Origin: Candidatus Versatilivorator sp.
GTDB taxonomy: Bacteria > Acidobacteriota > Terriglobia > Versatilivoradales > Versatilivoraceae
NCBI GenBank assembly: GCA_965207735.1
Contig: OZ242296.1
Location: forward strand, 1,632,001-1,696,000
Reading direction: 5' to 3'
DNA length: 64,000 bases
The number at the start of each line of letters is the position of its first letter. Within the stretch, counting starts at the first letter, position 1. A model generated the notes under the pieces. That model was not told where the DNA came from, did no database searches, and saw only the letters and a program-made list of their open reading frames with translations. The translations under genes were made by a program, and so were the position numbers. Positions 1 to 9,287 of this stretch are shown piece after piece.

Positions 1-1543
1 TCTTCTCCTCGGTTTCCTCGCCGTTGGGCTTTCGAAAAACCGCCGACAGCATGACGGTTTCTCCGGGTCTGACCGATTCCCGGTTCGGCCAGACCCGCTC
101 CAGGCGACCGGTCCTCTTTTCATCGCTGGAGGTAATGTCGACGGCGATCTCCTCGATGTCGACCCCCTCGAAGCCGCTTCCAAGGATGTAGCTGAGCGGC
201 TGCCCCACCGCCATAGAGGCAAACAGTTGGGCGTTGGTGTCTCCGGAAAAGAGATTCTCCACACGCACATCGGGACGGTCCTTGAGACGGATCCTGCCCT
301 TTACCTGCAGCGTCGATTCTCCCAGGGCTCTTTCCTGGGAAACAATGGTGCTGAAAATGGTGAAGTTGGTCAGAAAAGGCGTCAGGAGACGGTCGTTGAC
401 CAACTCGAACCTGAAGGTGCGGGAGGTGTTTCGGCTCGACCTCAGGTTGATGACCAGCGGTATCAGCTTCGGAGCCTGGCCAATGGTCCCGTAGAGGCCT
501 CGCGACCGGTCCTGCGTGATCGATCCGACCAGGTCGGTCGGCACCGCGATCTTGAAGGAACTGTTCAGGTTGGGCAGCAGCGAAACCACCTGGGCCTTGG
601 AGACCGGAAGTTCGACCGGGCCCAACGAAAACCAGGGATGCCCGAAGGCATAGATCTTGTCTCCCTCTCGGTGGGTCACAGTCCCGGAGGCGCTGGCTCC
701 GAATCCCAGATCTCCTCTCATCAACTGGACGGCGATCGACGAGCCCGGGACAACATCGGACCCGTCAGACAACTCGGCCCCGGGCGCGCCTGAAACCGGC
801 CCCCCGCCTTGCAGCACCCTCATTCCGTAAGGCCCCAGCGCGCCTTCCAGAACGCCGGCCGCTTCGGCCGCCACTCCCGACAGAACCAGCGGCGTGTCGA
901 TGTATCGGAACAACTGGCCGGCCAGGGGCTTCAGGGAAGCCTCGCCGGCGGCCATCGATTCCGAGACGGCAAAAGCGGGCGCGCTCCCGGAATCGGGGAC
1001 CGCCAGGATCCCGGGCGCTCGAATCCCGAGCGTCCGGTGAGGAGCGATCGAGGAGACCTCGACCACAATGGGGTCGCCCTGCACCGGCTCGTTCGACCGC
1101 TCGAAGTTGTCGACCATTTGCTCGATAGGCGTGACGCCCGCCACCGCCTCTTTTGAGAAGGGAAAGGAGAAGGACACGGCCCCGATCAGCCGGCCGTCGA
1201 CGTAGACCGGGCTGCCGCTCATTCCGCCCATCACTCCGGTCTTCTCCAGGGGGCCCCCGGAAAGCCGGGCCAGAATGGCGTCCTGGCGGGGAGCGATGTT
1301 CTTGAGAACTCCCAGCACCTCGGCCTCGAATTCTTCAACCTCGGATCCCCGAAAGACGGTCTTGCCGATACCCTTCATGCCCGGCTTGACCTGATCCAGC
1401 GGCATGAAGTTGCTGTCGTCTCCGCCGGGCCCCGCATGCAGGGAGAGGGTGAGCAGAACCGGCAGCATCGCGCCCGCGAGACTGCCCCAGACCGACCTTG
1501 ACCGGGCCGCCCGTTCGAACCTTTGAAAACGAAGAGCTTTCAT
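1..1543 (-). CDS. SpoIVB peptidase S55 domain protein (partial; 3' end runs off the window)
   Basis: Not in the ORF track. Manual translation from ATG at 1543 gives MKALRFQ...MPLDQVKPGMKGIGKTVFRGSEVEEFEAEVLGVLKNIAPRQDAILARLSGGPLEKTGVMGGMSGSPVYVDGRLIGAVS, with the S55 GMSGSPV motif and a signal-like N-terminus. Confidence 0.88.
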   Translation of the reverse strand, partial: MKALRFQRFERAARSRSVWGSLAGAMLPVLLTLSLHAGPGGDDSNFMPLDQVKPGMKGIGKTVFRGSEVEEFEAEVLGVLKNIAPRQDAILARLSGGPLEKTGVMGGMSGSPVYVDGRLIGAVSFSFPFSKEAVAGVTPIEQMVDNFERSNEPVQGDPIVVEVSSIAPHRTLGIRAPGILAVPDSGSAPAFAVSESMAAGEASLKPLAGQLFRYIDTPLVLSGVAAEAAGVLEGALGPYGMRVLQGGGPVSGAPGAELSDGSDVVPGSSIAVQLMRGDLGFGASASGTVTHREGDKIYAFGHPWFSLGPVELPVSKAQVVSLLPNLNSSFKIAVPTDLVGSITQDRSRGLYGTIGQAPKLIPLVINLRSSRNTSRTFRFELVNDRLLTPFLTNFTIFSTIVSQERALGESTLQVKGRIRLKDRPDVRVENLFSGDTNAQLFASMAVGQPLSYILGSGFEGVDIEEIAVDITSSDEKRTGRLERVWPNRESVRPGETVMLSAVFRKPNGEETEEK

Positions 1544-1816
1544 GGAAGCTTTGCGTCCTTCCTGCGTGAGCACAACCGAACCGGTGAAGCCGGAGAGATT
1601 CTCCCCGACCCCGGTTCAGCGGCGAGATTATAGCAGAACCATACCACCCCGGCGGCCGCAACCGGAAGGTGGTAACCGGTCTTCACGGCGTTGGGTTGAC
1701 ACGGGTTCCGGCAGCCGGACCAGACCGTAGGCCCGGCTGTACCGATCATTCAGGGTGAAACTTGCTCACGGTTGTGGTAACAAGAGGCGAGCTATTTCCG
1801 GCAAAGGCGGGACGCA

Positions 1817-2482
1817 ATGAATCAGCAACGGGGGCGATCGGAAACCGCGGCAACCGCGATTCCCTTCACCGGGTATGTCCTGGCGGGAGGCCAAAGCACC
1901 CGGATGGGGCGGGACAAGGCCCTGCTCGAGATCGGGGGGCGTCCGCTCATCCAGACCGCCGTGGACCTCCTGAGCGCATTGACCGATCGGGTCGTAATCC
2001 TCGGGCCTGCGGAGAGATACGGGTACCTGGGCGTTCCCGCAGTGCCCGACCTGGTGCCTTCCAGGGGGCCCCTCAGCGCCCTCTACACGGGCCTGGAGCG
2101 TTCGGAAACGGACGTCAACCTCTTTCTGGCCTGCGACATGCCCCTGATGCAGGGGACCTTCCTGAAGCTGCTGCTGGAACGGTCCCCGCTGGCCGACGCC
2201 GTCCTGATGCGCCTGGTCGACGGCAGCCTGGAACCTCTGTGTGCCGTCTACAATCGCTCCTGTCTTCCGGCCGTCAAAGCCAACTACGAGCGCCGGAGGT
2301 TCAAGCTCTCCGACCTGTTCCCCCGGTTGAGGACCCACTACCTGACGGAGGCCGATCTGCAGGGACTGGGACTTGACCGCCGGATCTTCGCCAACGTCAA
2401 TACTCCGGGGGACCTGGAACAGCCGGGGAAGTTTCGGTCAAGGGCAAGTGAAGCGGCGAGCAGCGGTGCGGAGGAGAGATAA
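1817..2482 (+). CDS. mobA: molybdenum cofactor guanylyltransferase
   Basis: VLAGGQSTRMGRDKA, GPLSALYTGL, ACDMP, EPLCAVY and NVNTPGDL motifs. Confidence 0.93.
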   Translation: MNQQRGRSETAATAIPFTGYVLAGGQSTRMGRDKALLEIGGRPLIQTAVDLLSALTDRVVILGPAERYGYLGVPAVPDLVPSRGPLSALYTGLERSETDVNLFLACDMPLMQGTFLKLLLERSPLADAVLMRLVDGSLEPLCAVYNRSCLPAVKANYERRRFKLSDLFPRLRTHYLTEADLQGLGLDRRIFANVNTPGDLEQPGKFRSRASEAASSGAEER

Positions 2483-2657
2483 GAAGATTCAGCTTGGGAC
2501 ATTCCCCTTTCTCAAAATGGCACTCGGTAGCATCCCGTACAGCCGAGCGTAGCTCCTTTAGGGTGTCTGCCTCAGTGAATATTGGGGCAGACAGTGCTCT
2601 GGCTTCGTAACCGCCCTCCGGCGATTCCTGAACGGAAAATATGATTTCCTCGGCCAT
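2397..2657 (-). pseudogene. HicB-like antitoxin, probably C-terminally degenerate, no toxin partner
   Basis: MAEEIIFSVQESPEGGYEARALSAPIFTEADTLKELRSAVRDATECHF resembles small HicB-like proteins. The tail runs into the convergent mobA end. Confidence 0.6.
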
Positions 2658-2703
2658 TTCGTACTCTTCAGTGGCTTCAGGTTCCGTGATCATTTCGTCG
2701 CCC

Positions 2704-4347
2704 TCATTCCGGCTTGTGCCGGATTCTGAGAATGCTGCGGGACGAGTACTCCGTGCGTCCTTCGACCTGGTTTCGGGCGAAGTATCCCTCGGCCTTGAAG
2801 TCAGGCGAAGTCACAAAGAAGGCTTCTTTCCCCCTCGGATAGTGCACGTCGCCTTCCGAATAGACGATCCGGGCGGGACTGTTCAGGTAGAAGCCCAGCC
2901 CGTAGGCTACATTGCGCGAGATTCCGTAGACGAAGAGGGGTTGATCCACGAATCCCTCCTCTTCCTGGAGGAAGGCCGCCAAATTCCGGGAGGACTCGGC
3001 GGCATCCACCCGCGGGAAAGCTCCTCCCGTCACCAGAACCACCGCCAGGGCAACCGCCGCCAGGTAACAAGCCACCGAAGCCGTTCGCCGGCGGCGCCAG
3101 TAGAGCAGCAGGGCAAGCGCACCCGTGCTCGCCAGCAGCCCGGAGGCAACTCCCGCCAGCGACTCCACCGGCAGGTTCAGCCGGGAGGCGTAAAAGGGCA
3201 GCGCCAGGCCCGCCAGCATCAGGCAGAGGGCCTGGAAGACGAAGAAGTCATTGAACCAGGGGGGGCGAGCGGCTTCCGGCTCCGGCTTCAGCCAGAGCCG
3301 GACCTGGCGGCCGATCAGCAGGGCGATGGCGGGGGCCGCCGGCAGCAGGTATCCCGGCAATTTGGATCGGGAAAGGGAGAAGACCACCAGCGGCGTCAAC
3401 AGCCACAGCCACAAGAAGAGATCCTGGGAGGCGGCGAGTGAACGCCAGCGGTCCCCGTGTCGAAACAGACTCCGAGCCGACGGAATCAGTTGCAGGCTCC
3501 AGGGGAAAAAGCCGATCAGGGCAACAGCCGGAAAAAACCAGAAGGGCTGGGGATGCTCGTAGCGGTCGGTGAGAAACCGTTCCAGATTGTGGCGAATCAG
3601 GAATTCTTCCACGAATCCCCAGCCGTTGGCCAAGGTGCACAATCCGTACCAGGGCAGGACCACCGCCAGCAACACCAGGACTCCGGTAAGGGGTCTGAAA
3701 CTGGCCGCCAGCTTCATTCGGCCGGTGAGGACCAGAAAAACAGCCAGGCTGATCAGGGGCAGAACGAAGCCGGCCGGGCCCTTGGCCAGGGTCGCCAGTC
3801 CCAGGAAGGCATAAAAGATCAGCAGCAACCCCAGCGGAGAGCCGGAAGCGCCTGAATCCCTCAAAAGCCCCTTTCCGCCAAACAACAGGAAGAACAAGGC
3901 GGTCCAGGCCACTGCCATGGCCGCCGAAAAGACCATATCCGTGGACGCGGCCCGGGCCAGGGAGAAATAGAGAATCGAGGCGGCCAGAATGAGACAGGAG
4001 AACAGCCCTTCCGCCGGACCCTCCCGCTGCCTGCCCACAAGATAGACGCAAAACACTCCCAGGACGGCAGCCAGCGCCGAAGGCAGCCGGGCCGAGAATT
4101 CGTCGACTCCGAAAAGCCAGTAGGCCGCCGACGCCAGCCAGTAATAGAGGACCGGCTTTTCCAGCCAGGGCTCTCCGAAGTAGCGAGGGGTCACAAAGTC
4201 GCCCGAAACCAGCATTTCCCTGGCGACCTGGGCGTAGCGGGGCTCATCCGGACCCACCAGCCCCAGACCGCCCAGGTCCAGGAAGAACTGGACCCAGACG
4301 AATGCGAGAATCAAAAGCAGGCGGCTGGGTTGAATTCGACTGAACAC
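2704..4347 (-). CDS. ArnT/GT83-family glycosyltransferase (GT-C fold)
   Basis: PDEPRYAQVAREM, EKPVLYYW, ARLPSAL, LAKGP and SKLPGYLLP motifs; many TM segments. Confidence 0.9.
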   Translation of the reverse strand: MFSRIQPSRLLLILAFVWVQFFLDLGGLGLVGPDEPRYAQVAREMLVSGDFVTPRYFGEPWLEKPVLYYWLASAAYWLFGVDEFSARLPSALAAVLGVFCVYLVGRQREGPAEGLFSCLILAASILYFSLARAASTDMVFSAAMAVAWTALFFLLFGGKGLLRDSGASGSPLGLLLIFYAFLGLATLAKGPAGFVLPLISLAVFLVLTGRMKLAASFRPLTGVLVLLAVVLPWYGLCTLANGWGFVEEFLIRHNLERFLTDRYEHPQPFWFFPAVALIGFFPWSLQLIPSARSLFRHGDRWRSLAASQDLFLWLWLLTPLVVFSLSRSKLPGYLLPAAPAIALLIGRQVRLWLKPEPEAARPPWFNDFFVFQALCLMLAGLALPFYASRLNLPVESLAGVASGLLASTGALALLLYWRRRRTASVACYLAAVALAVVLVTGGAFPRVDAAESSRNLAAFLQEEEGFVDQPLFVYGISRNVAYGLGFYLNSPARIVYSEGDVHYPRGKEAFFVTSPDFKAEGYFARNQVEGRTEYSSRSILRIRHKPE

Positions 4348-4384
4348 GTTGGCTGAAAAGAAACTTTGACGGGCGGTGGCCAGA

Positions 4385-4588
4385 CTAGTAGTAGTCCGAG
4401 CAGGACATGTAGTAGCCGCATTGGGGGCACCGCAGCTTGCAGTGGTCGGGTTGCAATTCCAGACCGCACTGAGGACAGTACTGGCTGGGGTCCTTTTGCC
4501 GGCTGGGAAGCGTTGGCAGGCGGTCCCTGGAAGTTTCCTTTTCCGGGAGATCTGGAGGGAGGGAATTCAAAGAAGTGACTGCCGGCAT
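4385..4588 (-). CDS. small zinc-ribbon protein
   Basis: C-terminal CPQCG...HCKLRCPQCGYYMSCSDYY; lies between trxA and the GT gene on the same strand. Start uncertain. Confidence 0.65.
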   Translation of the reverse strand: MPAVTSLNSLPPDLPEKETSRDRLPTLPSRQKDPSQYCPQCGLELQPDHCKLRCPQCGYYMSCSDYY

Positions 4589-4663
4589 CCGAGACTGTGA
4601 GGCTGGACACTAGTCCCGCGGCCGGAGACCTGGCGGTTGCTGACCGACCGCCTGCACCTGGAC

Positions 4664-4993
4664 CTATTGCAGGTGCGGGTCGATCATCTTTTGGAATTCC
4701 GACTTCGGCATGGCACCCAGCAGGTTGCCGACCACCTGCCCATCCTTGAGAAGCAGGATCGTAGGGATGCTGCGAATACCGTACTTGGAGGCCACCGCCG
4801 GGTTGTGATCGGTGTTGAGCTTTCCAACCTTCACCTTCCCGGCGTAGGCGCCTGCCAGTTCCTCGATGATGGGACCCACCATCCGGCAGGGACCGCACCA
4901 GGGAGCCCAGAAATCCACCAGCACCGGCTGGTCGGCTTGCAGGGCCTCCGCGTCAAAATTCCCATCGGTAAATTCCACTACGTTTCCACTCAT
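4664..4993 (-). CDS. trxA: thioredoxin
   Basis: DFWAPWCGPC active site and SIPT cis-Pro loop; start placed at MSGNVVEF. Confidence 0.95.
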   Translation of the reverse strand: MSGNVVEFTDGNFDAEALQADQPVLVDFWAPWCGPCRMVGPIIEELAGAYAGKVKVGKLNTDHNPAVASKYGIRSIPTILLLKDGQVVGNLLGAMPKSEFQKMIDPHLQ

Positions 4994-5025
4994 CGTTTCG
5001 CCTGCTCCTTCCTGAGATCGTTGCG

Positions 5026-6255
5026 TCAATGCACCCTAGTCTTGCCCCCGGCCCCGGCGATTGTCAAGGTTTTTGATGGGGCCGGCAGCCCCGGCCGCGT
5101 TCCGCCGCTATTAGCCCGGCCGCGGCCGCGCGAGTACTCTGCCATGAGCGCCTGAACGATCCGGGAAGCGGCGGCGGTCAGAGGATAACGGCCGGCCTGG
5201 CTCAGCCAAATCCAGCGTGCCTCCGGGATCGAAAGCGTCGGTGGCAGTGGGGGTTTCAGACTGGCCTCATACACCGTCAGGGTGATTCTCCGATTGGTGA
5301 CGGCGTGCTTGATGGTGGTCAGAGGGGAGCCTAACCGAACGCTCAAGTCGAGATCGCCCTGAATCCGTTTCACCAGGGAGTCGGCGAGGTCGGACCGACT
5401 GAATTCTCCCCCGGGAAACTCCCACAGGTCCTGCAGCAACCGCGAGCCGGACCGTCTGCGAATCAGGAATCGACCCCGATGCCGGATCACCGCCGCGGCT
5501 TGACGGCTCGAAATCATTTCCGACCGCTTGCCTTTTTCCGGCAGCCGTTCCTGCAGGCCCGATTTCAGGGCCTCGCAATGGGACGACCAAGGGCACAGGA
5601 GGCAGCGTGGGTTGCGCGGCAGGCAGACCGTGGCCCCCAGCTCCATCAGGGCCTGGTTGAAATCCCCTGGCCTGCGGACGGGAAGCAGCTGCTGTCCGGC
5701 AGCAGCCAGCATTCCCTGCGCAGGCGACTTGGCGGGGTCACCCCTCAAGCACAACAGTCGGCTCAGAACCCGCACCACGTTGCCGTCCAGGGCCGGAAGC
5801 GGCTGGTTGAAAGCAATGCTGAGAATGGCGGCGGCCGTGTAGCGGCCGATTCCGGGCAACCTCAAGACTTCCCCGTAGCTCCTGGGGAACTCCCCTCCAT
5901 GCTCCTTCACCACAATCCTGGCCGCCTTCCGGAGGTTCCTGGCACGGGAGTAGTATCCCAGGCCGGCCCAGTTTCGCAGCAGATCCTGGGTGTCGGCGCC
6001 GGCCAGATCCTCGAGGGTGGGGAAAGCCTTCATGAACCGCAGAAAATAGGGAACGACGGTTTGAACCTGGGTTTGCTGAAGCATCACCTCAGAGACCCAG
6101 ACGGGGTAGAAGTGGCGCGACTCACGCCAGGGAAGTTGGCGCTGGTGCTGCCGATACCAGGCGAGCAGCCGGGTCTGCAGTCGCTGGATTTCGGCTGGAG
6201 AGAGATAGACCGCCTCGGTCGCGGCCAGCTTCGACATGCCAGCAGGATCTTCCAT
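5026..6255 (-). CDS. mutY: A/G-specific adenine glycosylase
   Basis: WVSEVMLQQTQV, WAGLGYYSRARNL, LPGIGRYTA HhH, DGNVVRVLSR, CLPRNPRCLLCPWSSHC Fe-S loop and C-terminal NUDIX-like domain. Start moved to avoid overlap with lpxD. Confidence 0.93.
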   Translation of the reverse strand: MEDPAGMSKLAATEAVYLSPAEIQRLQTRLLAWYRQHQRQLPWRESRHFYPVWVSEVMLQQTQVQTVVPYFLRFMKAFPTLEDLAGADTQDLLRNWAGLGYYSRARNLRKAARIVVKEHGGEFPRSYGEVLRLPGIGRYTAAAILSIAFNQPLPALDGNVVRVLSRLLCLRGDPAKSPAQGMLAAAGQQLLPVRRPGDFNQALMELGATVCLPRNPRCLLCPWSSHCEALKSGLQERLPEKGKRSEMISSRQAAAVIRHRGRFLIRRRSGSRLLQDLWEFPGGEFSRSDLADSLVKRIQGDLDLSVRLGSPLTTIKHAVTNRRITLTVYEASLKPPLPPTLSIPEARWIWLSQAGRYPLTAAASRIVQALMAEYSRGRGRANSGGTRPGLPAPSKTLTIAGAGGKTRVH

Positions 6256-6337
6256 CGTTTGCCGACTGTCAAGACCTTCAACCACAACCGCGACATTTCC
6301 ATGGACAGGCCACCGGAAAGTTGCTAGATAGAGGGGC

Positions 6338-7387
6338 ATGGGTGCCTCCATTGCCGAAATCGCCCGGTATCTCCAATGTCCCTTCCACGGGGACGGTTCC
6401 CTGCAACTCCAGCGAATCTCCAACTGGGATGAAGCCGACCGGGGCTCACTGATCTACTGCGAGGGCTCGGCCAGGGCCGATCGCCTGCCCGATGAGCTGA
6501 CGGCCGGCTGCATCATCACCACCGCCGACATCCACAGATCCGGGTGGAACACCATCGTCTCCGAGCGGCCCAAGCTGGACTTTTCCCGAGCGGCCTCCCT
6601 GCTCCATCCCCGCCCGGCCGGACGGGGAGTGCGCGACCCTTCCGCGGTGGTCTCCCCCGAGGCGGTTCTCGGGCAGCAGGTGGACCTGGGGTCTCACGTG
6701 GTGGTGGGGGCCGGCGCCAGGGTGGGCGACCGGTGCATTCTGCACGCGGGGGTGGTGGTGGGAGAGCACTGCCGCATCGGCAGCGACTGCATTCTCCATC
6801 CCCGGGTGGTTCTCTATCCCGGGACGGAACTGGGTTCCCGGGTGACACTGCATGCCGGCGTGGTGCTGGGGGCCGACGGATTCGGCTACGTGTTCGATGG
6901 GAAGTCCCAGGTCAAGTTTCCTCAAGCGGGCGGGATCGTGATCGAGGACGATGTGGAGATCGGGGCCAACACCACGGTGGATCGGGGCTCGCTGGGCATG
7001 ACTCGAATCGGCCGGGGCAGCAAAATCGACAACCTGGTCCAGATCGCCCACAACACCCAGATCGGTTCGGAGGTGATCATCGCCTCTCAGACCGGCATCT
7101 CGGGCAGCGCCGTTATTGAAGACCGGGTGGTGATCGCCGGCCAAGCCGGATTCGGGGAGCATATTCGGGTTAAAGAGGGCGCCGTCATCGGAGGGCAGGC
7201 CGGGGTCCTGCCCGGAAAGATCCTGCCGGGCAACCAGGTCTATTGGGGAACGCCCGCCCGTCCCCTGCGGGAATACAAGCGTATTCTGGCTCTTCTCTCC
7301 CGGCTCCCCCGGATGCGTTCGGAGCTGGAGCGGTTGAAGAAGAAGCTCGATCGACTCTTACGGGAAAACGAGAAATCGGGCCAGTGA
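6338..7387 (+). CDS. lpxD: UDP-3-O-acylglucosamine N-acyltransferase
   Basis: Hexapeptide repeats, GADGFGY, IGANTTVDRG and KIDNLVQIAHN. Confidence 0.93.
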   Translation: MGASIAEIARYLQCPFHGDGSLQLQRISNWDEADRGSLIYCEGSARADRLPDELTAGCIITTADIHRSGWNTIVSERPKLDFSRAASLLHPRPAGRGVRDPSAVVSPEAVLGQQVDLGSHVVVGAGARVGDRCILHAGVVVGEHCRIGSDCILHPRVVLYPGTELGSRVTLHAGVVLGADGFGYVFDGKSQVKFPQAGGIVIEDDVEIGANTTVDRGSLGMTRIGRGSKIDNLVQIAHNTQIGSEVIIASQTGISGSAVIEDRVVIAGQAGFGEHIRVKEGAVIGGQAGVLPGKILPGNQVYWGTPARPLREYKRILALLSRLPRMRSELERLKKKLDRLLRENEKSGQ

Positions 7388-7436
7388 GAATATCCCCGGC
7401 AGGCAGGAGCAACGGCTGCCGGGCTGAGGAAGTGGA

Positions 7437-7790
7437 ATGGATTCCGTCCGGTTCTCGCAAATCGTGGATGAGGTCCTGGAAGGCTTGCCCCAGTTCTTCC
7501 AGTCCCGTCTGGACAATCTTGCCGTCATCGTCCAGGACTACCCCGAGCCGGAGTTGCAACGGCAATTCCCCGGATTGCTGCTGGGGCTGTTCCGCGGCAT
7601 CCCGAAGACCCGTCAATCCGTCTTTGCCGGCGCCACCCTTCCCCAGCAGGTCTTTCTCTACCAGAAGAACATCGAAGCGGTCAGTTACGGAGACGCCGAC
7701 CTGCGGCGTCAGATCGAGAAGACCCTGAAGCACGAAATCGGCCACTACTTCGGTCTTTCCGAGGAAGACCTGCGGGCCCTCGGTTACTGA
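7437..7790 (+). CDS. zincin-like metallopeptidase family protein (DUF1025-like)
   Basis: LLGLFRG, LYQKNIE and TLKHEIGHYFGLSEEDL. Confidence 0.88.
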   Translation: MDSVRFSQIVDEVLEGLPQFFQSRLDNLAVIVQDYPEPELQRQFPGLLLGLFRGIPKTRQSVFAGATLPQQVFLYQKNIEAVSYGDADLRRQIEKTLKHEIGHYFGLSEEDLRALGY

Positions 7791-7826
7791 ACAACAGCTC
7801 GGTACGGCCTCTGACAGCAAGCGACC

Positions 7827-8516
7827 ATGCCCTTACAGTCCTGGTTCCACCTGGAGCGAATCCCTGAGCCGGAAGTCATGGACGATCCTGACGGGGTCGA
7901 GGCTTACAGCGCCGCGGCCTCTCAAGCCTACCTGGAACGGATTGACAGGACCTTCGTGGAGCACGCCCTGAGTCTTGGGGTCGCCGAGGGCCACGCCCTG
8001 GATATCGGCACCGGACCGGGGGTCATTCCCATCATGCTGGCCGCCGGAGTCCCTGGACTCCGCCTGACAGGGGTAGACCTTTCGGAACCCATGCTGCAGA
8101 AGGCACGGGAAGCCGCCGAGGAAGCCGGAGTGGCGGACCGGCTCGACTTCCGGGTGGGCGACGCCAAGTCACTGCCCTTTTCCGAGCAGAGCTTCGACCT
8201 GGTCCTCTGCAATTCCCTGCTTCACCACCTGCCCGACGCCCTGGCGTTGCTCAACGAAATCTCCCGGCTTGTCAGGCCCGGGGGCGCCATCCTGCTGCGA
8301 GATCTGAGAAGACCCTCCCGCCTTGAGTTCCCCTTGCATGCCCTCTGGTTCGGGCGCCATTATTCCGGGGTGATGAGCCAGCTCTACCGGGACTCCCTGC
8401 AGGCTGCCTACACCCGTGCCGAGCTTGAGTGCCTGCTGCACCGCTCCCAGTTGACCGGCGCCCGGGTCTTCCGGACGGGAAGGACCCACATCGGCATCCA
8501 GCGGGAGGCAAGGTAG
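7827..8516 (+). CDS. class I SAM-dependent methyltransferase
   Basis: RIPEPEVMD N-terminus, LDIGTGPG, FDLVLCNSLLHH and RDLRRP. Confidence 0.88.
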   Translation: MPLQSWFHLERIPEPEVMDDPDGVEAYSAAASQAYLERIDRTFVEHALSLGVAEGHALDIGTGPGVIPIMLAAGVPGLRLTGVDLSEPMLQKAREAAEEAGVADRLDFRVGDAKSLPFSEQSFDLVLCNSLLHHLPDALALLNEISRLVRPGGAILLRDLRRPSRLEFPLHALWFGRHYSGVMSQLYRDSLQAAYTRAELECLLHRSQLTGARVFRTGRTHIGIQREAR

Positions 8517-8694
8517 GGTCAGACGACTCCAGCCGCGCGGAACTGTTGCTCGATCCGCTCACCCTTCGAGTTCTGCGACCACAGATAGAGCCAGACGGGA
8601 AAGCGAGCCCGAGAAACCGCGTAACCAGGACTCTCGCAAGACGCCTGGATTGAATGAGTGTGTATTGCCCGACCGCGGCACCAGGGAAAACCAT

Positions 8695-8723
8695 TTGACT
8701 AGACGTACGCCATGACGTACGCT
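8695..8723 (+). promoter_or_regulatory. sigma70 promoter with tandem operator for yefM-yoeB autoregulation
   Basis: TTGACT (8695-8700), 17-bp spacer, TACGCT (8718-8723). GACGTACGC occurs at 8702 and 8714, each with palindromic core CGTACG, 12 bp apart. Confidence 0.7.
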
Positions 8724-8743
8724 ATTGATCTCGGAGGTGACGT

Positions 8744-8986
8744 GTGACCACATTGAACGCGACGGAAGCTCGTTCCAAACTCTACAAATTGATTGACGAG
8801 GCAGCACAATCCCATAGCCCGGTTGTGATTACGGGAAGACGCGGCAATGCGGTCCTCATTGCCGAAGAAGACTGGAACGCAATCAACGAAACGCTCTACC
8901 TGCTTTCGATCCAGGGAATGCGCGAGTCCATTCGGGAAGGAATGGAATCCAGTCTCGACAATTGCGAAAAGGAACTGGACTGGTGA
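8744..8986 (+). CDS. yefM: Phd/YefM family antitoxin
   Basis: ATEARSKLYKLID...PVVITG...AVLIAEEDWNAINETLYLLS; GGAGG RBS upstream. Confidence 0.92.
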   Translation: MTTLNATEARSKLYKLIDEAAQSHSPVVITGRRGNAVLIAEEDWNAINETLYLLSIQGMRESIREGMESSLDNCEKELDW

Positions 8987-9246
8987 CGTGGGAGCTGTAT
9001 TTCACCCGGCAGGCCAGGAATGACGCGAGAAAGCTGGCTGCATCCGGGTTAAAGGAAAAAGCCCGGGCACTACTCGACGTCATTCGAGTGGACCCCTTTC
9101 AGAAGCCTCCGCCCTATGAAAAGCTGGTGGGGGACTTGGCCGGCGCCTACTCGCGGCGGATTAACATCCAACACCGGCTGGTTTACCAGGTACTCGAGGA
9201 GGAAGGATCGGTAAAGATTCTCAGGCTATGGACCCATTACGAATAG
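8983..9246 (+). CDS. yoeB: Txe/YoeB family toxin
   Basis: PPYEKLVGDLAGAYSRRINIQHRLVY...WTHYE; GTGA overlap with the antitoxin stop. Confidence 0.92.
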   Translation: MTWELYFTRQARNDARKLAASGLKEKARALLDVIRVDPFQKPPPYEKLVGDLAGAYSRRINIQHRLVYQVLEEEGSVKILRLWTHYE

Positions 9247-9287
9247 ACCCACGAACGGTCGGGTTGTGTTCAAATAAGTTGAGGGAA

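Noticed and set aside
1-1543. SpoIVB-like peptidase as evidence of sporulation
   Set aside because: S55-domain proteins occur in non-sporulating diderms, and no sporulation genes are nearby.
1660-1816. Moco riboswitch upstream of mobA (also considered upstream of moaA)
   Set aside because: No recognisable conserved structure by eye; an Infernal search would be needed.
8517-8694. Possible gene remnant between the methyltransferase and yefM
   Set aside because: Short minus-strand frames look vaguely protein-like, but none could be assigned.
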